Positions 48,288 through 55,043 of a stretch of DNA of 55,043 bases are shown in pieces (positions within the stretch are counted from its first letter, which is position 1; each line of letters begins with the position of its first letter). The stretch covers positions 5,389,850-5,444,892 of the forward strand of contig CM119271.1 in NCBI GenBank assembly GCA_051294375.1, read 5' to 3'. The DNA comes from Paraspadella gotoi (Eukaryota > Animalia > Chaetognatha). Both the position numbers and the translations under genes were made by a program. Under the pieces are notes generated by a model. That model was not told the origin of the DNA and ran no database searches. It saw only the letters and a list, made by a program, of their open reading frames with translations.

Positions 48288-50509
48288 ATGGACGATCGCC
48301 AGCGACGCAAAATCTGTACCGGCAACGCTCCGGCAAGATCCGACGAAAACTCGCGTCGGTTTTGTTACAAATATTTCTAATTTTTTTTTTTTTAATATCA
48401 TTAAGAAAACTTTATCATTACTGTACACTGCGTAGACTATGGAGGGCTGGTACCTTTTTTCTCTTTTTTTCCCGCTCACCTCCGCCTTTTGTTTTGTTTT
48501 TTTTCACGATCGCAGCGCCGCCCGTCGATTCCGCTCAGAACTCCGAACACAGCTTTCGCACCATTTTACGTCGTTTAATGAGAAAACTAGACGATGACGA
48601 TGAGACATCTAAAAAAACAAATAAAGATGACGACGACGACGACGACAAAGAAGACGACGATGGAACGAAACCAACCGACAAATCGAGCAATACCGACGAC
48701 GAAAACGACGACGACGACGTCAAGTATCTTCAAGTTGAAGGGAAACAATCGAGAAAAATTAAGAAGCGAACGAAGAAGCGAACGCAACCAAAGAACAAAA
48801 CCAAGGAAGCGAACGAAACTAAAATCGAATCGACGGAAAACAAGAATCGAAGGCGAAAAGTGAAAATCTTGGATCGAGAGACAGAGACGATAGATGCGGG
48901 AGTCGCTTTCTCGGTCAATTGCTATTTTGTTGGATTGGGATCGAAACGAGATCGGCTCGATCATTCGGCGGGAATTTGATTTTTTAGGAAAATTCGCGTT
49001 TCTTGATGGCTTCGAGCGAAGAAGACGACGAGTACCACGACGTCGGAGTCTCCGTCAATCAAGTATGATCAAAAACGTTTGTAAAATTGGTACAACCAAT
49101 ATAAAAATTATCCATTCATTTAATAAATAAGCTATCTTGCCCATGACTTTGGACAGGCTTTGGTGGTTTAAGGCCTCCATCACTCTTACAAGATAATGAC
49201 ATGGTAGGTCCCTGAGGTTTCAATCAGGACTCTCTCACAGTCTCGTTTATTCACTCCCAGAGTTCCTGGTTTCCCTATCAATGAAGTGGTATAATATTTC
49301 AAAGAATGTTTCAATCGTATGAAAAGACCACTCCCTTAAGTATTAGATCGGGGAATACTATATTGTACTCCACACTAGCATCAAAATACAAGGAGCTGAA
49401 TTTTATGAAATTGGTACATTTGTCAAGATCATAAGTTAAATTCATGAAAATTTGACAAATACTGTAAGTGCTTGAAATGTATTTTCAGTTTGGTTGCATT
49501 TAGTTTTTTTTTCTTGCGGAACGGAAATGTAATTATATTAATTTATTTTGGTCTAATTCATAATTTTCCAAGGCGTTGACCCAAAAGCAATCAGTGGGCT
49601 CACTTTGCTCCATCGGTTGCTGCGCCAATTCACCTTTCGTGAAGAATCACGTGGAAACTATGGGTCGAATCGGAGACTCGAATCCTGGAGATGGCGCCGT
49701 CGGTGACATCGAGGCTCCAACGACGGGGCTGGTCGATTCCGCGCCCGATTGGTCCTCCATGGGTAAGATGATGCTTGGCGGGGCCGCGTTGGCCGGCGTC
49801 GGAGCCATCGCTTACAAGATGTCGCAAGGAGACGGCGCCAAGGATAAATGTCAGAGGACGCCACCAGCGCCGGGAAAGTTCAAGAGCAAATGCTGCGCGG
49901 TGAGACGAGAGGAAAACTGTTTGTTTTTATAAATATAAAGGTTACTAATAATTTTTTTTATTAAAAGAAAACAGTATTTTAAAATATTTAATTTTTATTG
50001 TGCGATGGAAAACAGCAAACATTTTTACAAGCTTTGGCACTTTTTTCCTTTAATCCTCGAAAAATAATGTCATTATGCTGTATGTCATCATCTATATCAT
50101 TATCTATATGTCATTATGCTAAATGTTATATTCAATCTGGCACAAATAATGGCGGAATGAACCAATTACGGCTTGTATACTGACTGAGTGTATTATAGCA
50201 ACGGAGAGACATGGCTGATGCCAGTAGTGTGAGACCTCTCCCGACAGCTGGCGCTCAGGGCTTTGGACCTGCAGTGACCACCCTATGTCACTGGCGTGTT
50301 TATGCCGACACCATCACACTTAACCAGCATTGAACTCGAAACTCACGGTTGGTGAACAAGTACTCACCAAGCAATACAGGAGACGAATTTAGGAATTACC
50401 ACAGCATAAATTTTGTATCGCTTGCCTCATTTTATTATATCTTTTAACTTTAAGTTTTATTTTTCAGAATCGACCTCAAACAGCTCCGGTCAAATCGAGA
50501 AACTATTGA
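48288..50509 (+). CDS. Orphan membrane-anchored protein B (first exons uncertain)
   Basis: Exons 48516-48913 (D/K-rich, ends KILDRETETIDAGVAFS), 48988-49062 (ENSRFLMASSEEDDEYHDVGVSVNQ), 49573-49899 (LCSIGCCAN...MMLGGAALAGVGAIAY-KMSQGDGAKDKCQRTPPAPGK...CCA) and 50468-50509 (NRPQTAPVKSRNY*); GT-AG, phase 0. AATAAA at ~50623. Possible start MDDRQRRK at 48288 via a 14-nt microexon 48436-48449. Confidence 0.6.
50210..50372 (-). mobile_element. SINE-like fragment
   Basis: Minus strand TTCACCAACCGTGAGTTTCGAGTTCAATGC resembles the tRNA-like head of the 32529 SINE. Confidence 0.35.
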
Positions 50510-50845
50510 ATCAGAACGACTTAACCCCGACGGCTTTTGTAATATTTTGCTCTTAATTTTTTTTTGCATGAAAATGATTGAAAAGTTTATGTACGTCATC
50601 GTTTTTTATTCACACGAACCACAATAAAGAGAATTAAATATTGTAAATAATAATAACAACAAAACGATCGTAATTTTCAAACGTTTGAAAATTTTTTTTT
50701 CGTAATCTTCAAAATTTAGATTACAAGTTGAAGTTGAATAGATTCCAACATCCAACATACTGAACAGTCCGATATGTCCGGGAATTAAGCTTAAGAATTC
50801 TTAAAAAGTGAGAATTGTTAATAACAACAAGGAAATGATAAGTCC

Positions 50846-53566
50846 TTAAAGTTCCCCGGCATCGTGGATTTCGGTCGCCCTTTCGCCACTCTGTTGCGAG
50901 GTCCACGTTACTCCTTGACTCTTCGGGTCTTTGATTGAGTTTGTTTGACTCTCCGTCTTGAGAGCATCTGGATCATCGTTGTCCAAAATGAATCCTTCGG
51001 GTATCACATTTTTTGAATCTTGAAACGTAAACAAAATATTTCGTTATGTTCGTAAACATCGGCGTATTCCGTCTTCAATCAGTTCAGACTCTTTTTAATC
51101 ATAAAAATATTTTTTAGTTTATGAAATTTATTTAATTTTATTTTTTAATATTTAAGATAAGCCTTTCATTTTATTTTTATTTTTTTTGCACCTGTTCCTA
51201 AAACAAAGTGAAGAGACAGTAATTATTGTTATGTGTTAGTGACAGAACCGTTCAATATAAACAGTCCCTGAGCTTCGGATCAGGCTGTAAAACCGTGTTA
51301 CAGGCGGGTTAAGCGCCCCGTCCCTCTTAACTGCTGGGCGACCACCGGGCTAGAACCCCGGACCTTTAGGTTGGGAGGCGAATGATGAACGGTTGGTGGA
51401 TTTTATTATTAATAAAGTCTTACCCGTGTCCGACGTGTACAGTTTGTGTCCTGAATTTGGCGGGAAAAGCAGAGACGGGTTTGACGGAGAGAGCGATCAG
51501 ATGCGCGGATGAAAATGACGCTGATGGAGGCGTTGGGGTGGCTTGTCGAATAGAATGGGAAGACCGAGATCGACGGAAGCAGCTTGGTCAAGGGTTGCGA
51601 ATCGAGCAACTTTTTCATGCTTGAGAGTAACCGGGAGGATTTTATCGTCTGTTACAATCTTTGACTCGACGTAACGTACATAATTATTTTTTTTTATAAT
51701 TATACATACAAAAATCGCCATGTTGTTAAAAAAAATTTACCCTGATCTGACAGAGCGTAGCCAAAGCCCAGAAGGAGTGATCGGGCCAGACGAGCTCGTT
51801 GTTCCATCAACTAGAGGTTCTTTGGCGTCGACCAGCTGAACCCTGTTAAAGAAGAGATGGGGGGGGAAGTAGGAAGAATAGTAGGAGAAAGGGAGGTAGC
51901 TTGTTGCAGATAGAAAAGTAGTAGAATTGAGCAAGAATACAAAGAATTGGAAATGAAGTAATAACATTTATATGGGAAACAAACTAAAGACAACAAAGAA
52001 AAAAGACAGACATAGGAATGAATAAATGATAACTATTGTATATGTGGAATCAATTTGTAATAAATGATCAAATAAAGGTAAAAAGGTACTAAAATTAATA
52101 TAAGATTAACAAGAAGTAAAAAAAAATTATTGTAAGAAAGAAACCAAAAAAAAAAAAGGAAAGATAAAGAACCGCTACCTGGTCAAGTACAGCAAATCCC
52201 ATCCGTTCTCCAGCTTGGCTCCATCCAACTCCCTCATGACGACCTCCAGCTTCTCCACGAAGAGATTCTCGAAGGTGACGTCGTCTTCGAGGATGAGAAC
52301 GCGCTGGAGTTGCTCATCGAAGGCTCGACGCCAGAGGAAGAAGTGGGAGAGGAAGCAGCCGATCTCGCCGAAGGAGAGGTCACGGCCAGTGTAGGGGCAT
52401 CTGGAAAAGGGTGTTGCGAATAGGGCGACGCGAAGTAAGGAAATTATGTTGTACATTGTACATTGTACATATATTTATATTTATTTATATATACATATAC
52501 AATGTACATATATTTTCATTTCTGAATAGTTTAAGTCGTTTTACCCATCTCGCAGAGCGTTAGCCTAAAGCCCAGAACAGGACTGATCGGGCCCAGACGA
52601 GCGTCGTTGTTCCATCAACCAACGCGTTCCTTAGGCGTCGACCAGACTGAACCCTGTTTAAGAAAGAGACTGGGGCGGGAAGTAGGAAAATAGTAGGAGA
52701 CAAGGGAGTACCTTGTTGTCACGATAGAACAAGTAATACGAATTGCACAGAATACAAAGAATGGAAATGAAGTGATAACCAATTTATAGGAAACAAACAC
52801 AAAGACAACAAAGAAAAAAGACAGAACATAAACCGGATGAATAATGATTAACTATTGTATATTGTGGAATCACTTTGTAATAAAATGATAATAAGGTAAA
52901 AAAGGTACTAACACATTAATATTAAAAGATTAACAAAAAAGAACTTACATGAAAGAAAGAGACACCAAAAAAAAAAAAAAAAACACGGAAAGTAACAAGA
53001 AACCGCTACCTGCGTACAAGTACAGCAAATCCCATCCGTTCTCCAGGTCTGGCTCCATCCAACCCCTCATGACGACTCCAGCTCTCACGAAGAGATTCTC
53101 GAAGTGGACCGTCGTCTTCGAGGATGAGAAACCTCGCTGGAGTTGCTCACTCGACAGGCTCGACCGCCAGAGGAAAGAAAAGTGGAGAGGAACGCAGCCG
53201 ATCTCGCCCGAAGGACGAGCGTCGCGGCAGTTGTAGGCGCACTCTGGAAAAGCGTGTGCGAATAGGGCGACGCGAAGTAAGAATGGAAATTACGTTGTGC
53301 TGACGCCCACACAACAATTTCAGATTAAACACTGAATATGATCGCAACAACGATTAATAACAATAACACGTCAAAACGGCTCAGCATTTGCTAAGTTCCT
53401 ATAACAATGATATTTACAAGGTCAAAGATTGACCATAAACAGAATGAGAAACTGATCGAGCATGGTAAGGTTGGTAAGGTCAGTTTCGACCAAGGTTGCG
53501 TGTTGTTGTCGTTGTTGCCTCCACAGTTGTATATTTTCATTTCTGAATACGTCGGTTTCCTCTCTA

Positions 53567-53655
<89 letters not shown>

Positions 53656-54868
53656 TCCTTCACCACCCTGACATCCCCTGCACTTTTTGAGCCCCAACTT
53701 TCTTGACGANNNNNNNNNNNNNNNNNNNNNNNNNGGTCCTTGGTGACGTTGGCCCCTTCCACCGCCTCCACCATCTCCGCCTCGATTCCCATCACGTCGA
53801 ACATCCGCTGAAGGCGACGTCGTCGTTCGGGTCGTCGACGAAGGTTGATCACGAAGATCTGTTTAGGTTGAAGGTTGTTATTTCCATTTAGATATATTTA
53901 TTTTTTAAAATTCCCATTCATAACTAAATAATACACTTGTTGAGTGTTCAACGGACAATTTGCTAATCTTTATTTTTTGATTATTTTAATGACTTTAACC
54001 AAAAGGAAATAAATTATTACATTTACAGTAATGTAACTCCAATCAAATAGCTAACTCATTATAAAATAACAGCTAAATTTTGGTAAAAAAAAAATGTTTT
54101 GATAAGACATTAGTCAATTTTGATTCGTATAAACAAAAAACACTCACAACCAAAAGACTAATACAAAATACAAAATAGTTATCCGAGCATTGAAAGGTTC
54201 TCATTCGTTCTAACCTTGTCGAATCCTAATCGAGATTTGACGGGGAGTTGGAGGGTCACGTGGGCGGAGGGGGGTGGAGAAGGAGCTGAGAGGAGCTGAT
54301 CCATTTGGAGACGGAGGAGGCGGTAAGACTCGTCCTTGAGAACGGGGTAAGGACGGGAGGTGGTCAGTTCTAAATTAATCTCAGCTATTTATCATCGCAT
54401 TTATCAATTGTCGTATCTTTTCACTTTAATCCTCGCCACATAACCTCACCCTTTCTTCCCCAAAACCCACTTTAAATCACGCCACCCCCCTTAAAACTTA
54501 CCACCAATCCCCTCGGCGGCGGAACCGGCTCCGGCACGAGACCGAAATAAACTTCGTTGCTCAACCGGAATTCGACGCCGCGACGTCGCGCGTTCAAGTT
54601 GAAGTTGACGACGTCGTGGGAAGACGGCGGCGGCGGCTGCGGCTGAAATGACGCTGTCGACGACTCCGCCGTCGCGGCTGACTCAGCCGACGCCGCTGAC
54701 TCAGCCGACGCCGCTGACTCAGCCGACGCCGCTGGCGGACCGGCTAAGAAACTCAGTCCTCGGCTCTCCTCTTTTCTGAGATCGATGAGAAAAGCCGAGT
54801 GAACGGCGCCGACGGAAATGACGCCGATTTTTTCGCCGGAAGTTATCGGCGCGTAGTCTTCAGAACGG
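50846..54868 (-). CDS. COLGALT1: Procollagen galactosyltransferase (GT25, COLGALT/GLT25D-like), 3' exons; the gene continues beyond the window
   Basis: Exons 54868-54502 (VHSAFLIDLRK...YFGLVP), 54369-54215 (SRLGFDK), 53858-~53735 (IFVINLRRRPERR...EAVEG, into a gap), 52400-52179 (PYTGRDLSFGEIGCFLSH...LEDD...WDLLY), 51842-51741 (LVWPDHSFWAL), 51619-51424 (KKLLDSQPLTKLLP...SDT) and 51018-50846 (ends AGEL*, KDEL-like). The 51842 and 51619 exons carry small indels, and the 54502/54369 junction phase is unresolved. Confidence 0.9.
51209..51405 (-). mobile_element. tRNA-derived SINE copy in the last COLGALT intron
   Basis: Matches 32529-32752, with a ~27-bp deletion between short TGA direct repeats. 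Confidence 0.7.
52535..53290 (-). repeat. Error-rich duplicate of two COLGALT exons and the intervening intron (copy of ~51735-52450)
   Basis: Same sequence order with many 1-bp indels that break both exons. Confidence 0.85.
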
Positions 54869-54948
54869 CTGGAGAGAGGAGAGAACGGATGGCGATTTGT
54901 AAATTAGTTATTTAATCCAGTATTACATAAAACAACAAAATTTGGCGA

Positions 54949-55026
54949 GGACAAAAATGACGTAAACGACATCGAAATTGTCACAAATGACAAAAATGAC
55001 GTAAACGACATCGAAATTGACACAAA
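54949..55026. repeat. 39-bp tandem repeat x2 (GACAAAAATGACGTAAACGACATCGAAATTG.CACAAA)
   Basis: Seen directly; intronic. Confidence 0.85.
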
Positions 55027-55043
55027 ACACAAAAATTATGTAA

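Noticed and set aside
32074-54868. Functional glycosylation cluster (GT31 plus GT25 within 20 kb, each with the same SINE)
   Set aside because: Unrelated families acting in different compartments and separated by other genes; the SINE is probably just abundant. No evidence beyond proximity.

Overview
AT-rich, microsatellite-laden, intron-containing eukaryotic (most likely invertebrate animal) DNA from a gapped hybrid assembly. Almost all long entries in the ORF track are N-gap or simple-repeat artefacts. Hand-splicing gives two clear glycosyltransferase genes: a complete 7-exon GT31 beta-1,3-galactosyltransferase (+, 32074-34645, 354 aa) and the 3' part of a COLGALT/GT25 procollagen galactosyltransferase (-, 50846 to beyond 54868). 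It also gives three orphan gene models: a small acidic/Cys-tailed 3-exon gene (-, 929-1857) and a tandem pair of apparently paralogous proteins with a near-C-terminal membrane segment (+, ~45249-47986 and ~48288-50509). Non-coding highlights are two minimal hammerhead ribozymes (one directly behind a Penelope GIY-YIG remnant) and a retro-copied mature tRNA-Leu with encoded CCA, a GAG anticodon (possible fossil of inosine-34) and a 5' end at position 27. Repeats include Tc1-type and 8-bp-TSD foldback MITEs, two DINE-1/Helentron-like families and tRNA-headed SINEs. Three apparent tandem duplications have indel-ridden second copies and are probably long-read gap-fill artefacts. No database searches were run; all family calls rest on motifs recognised by eye.
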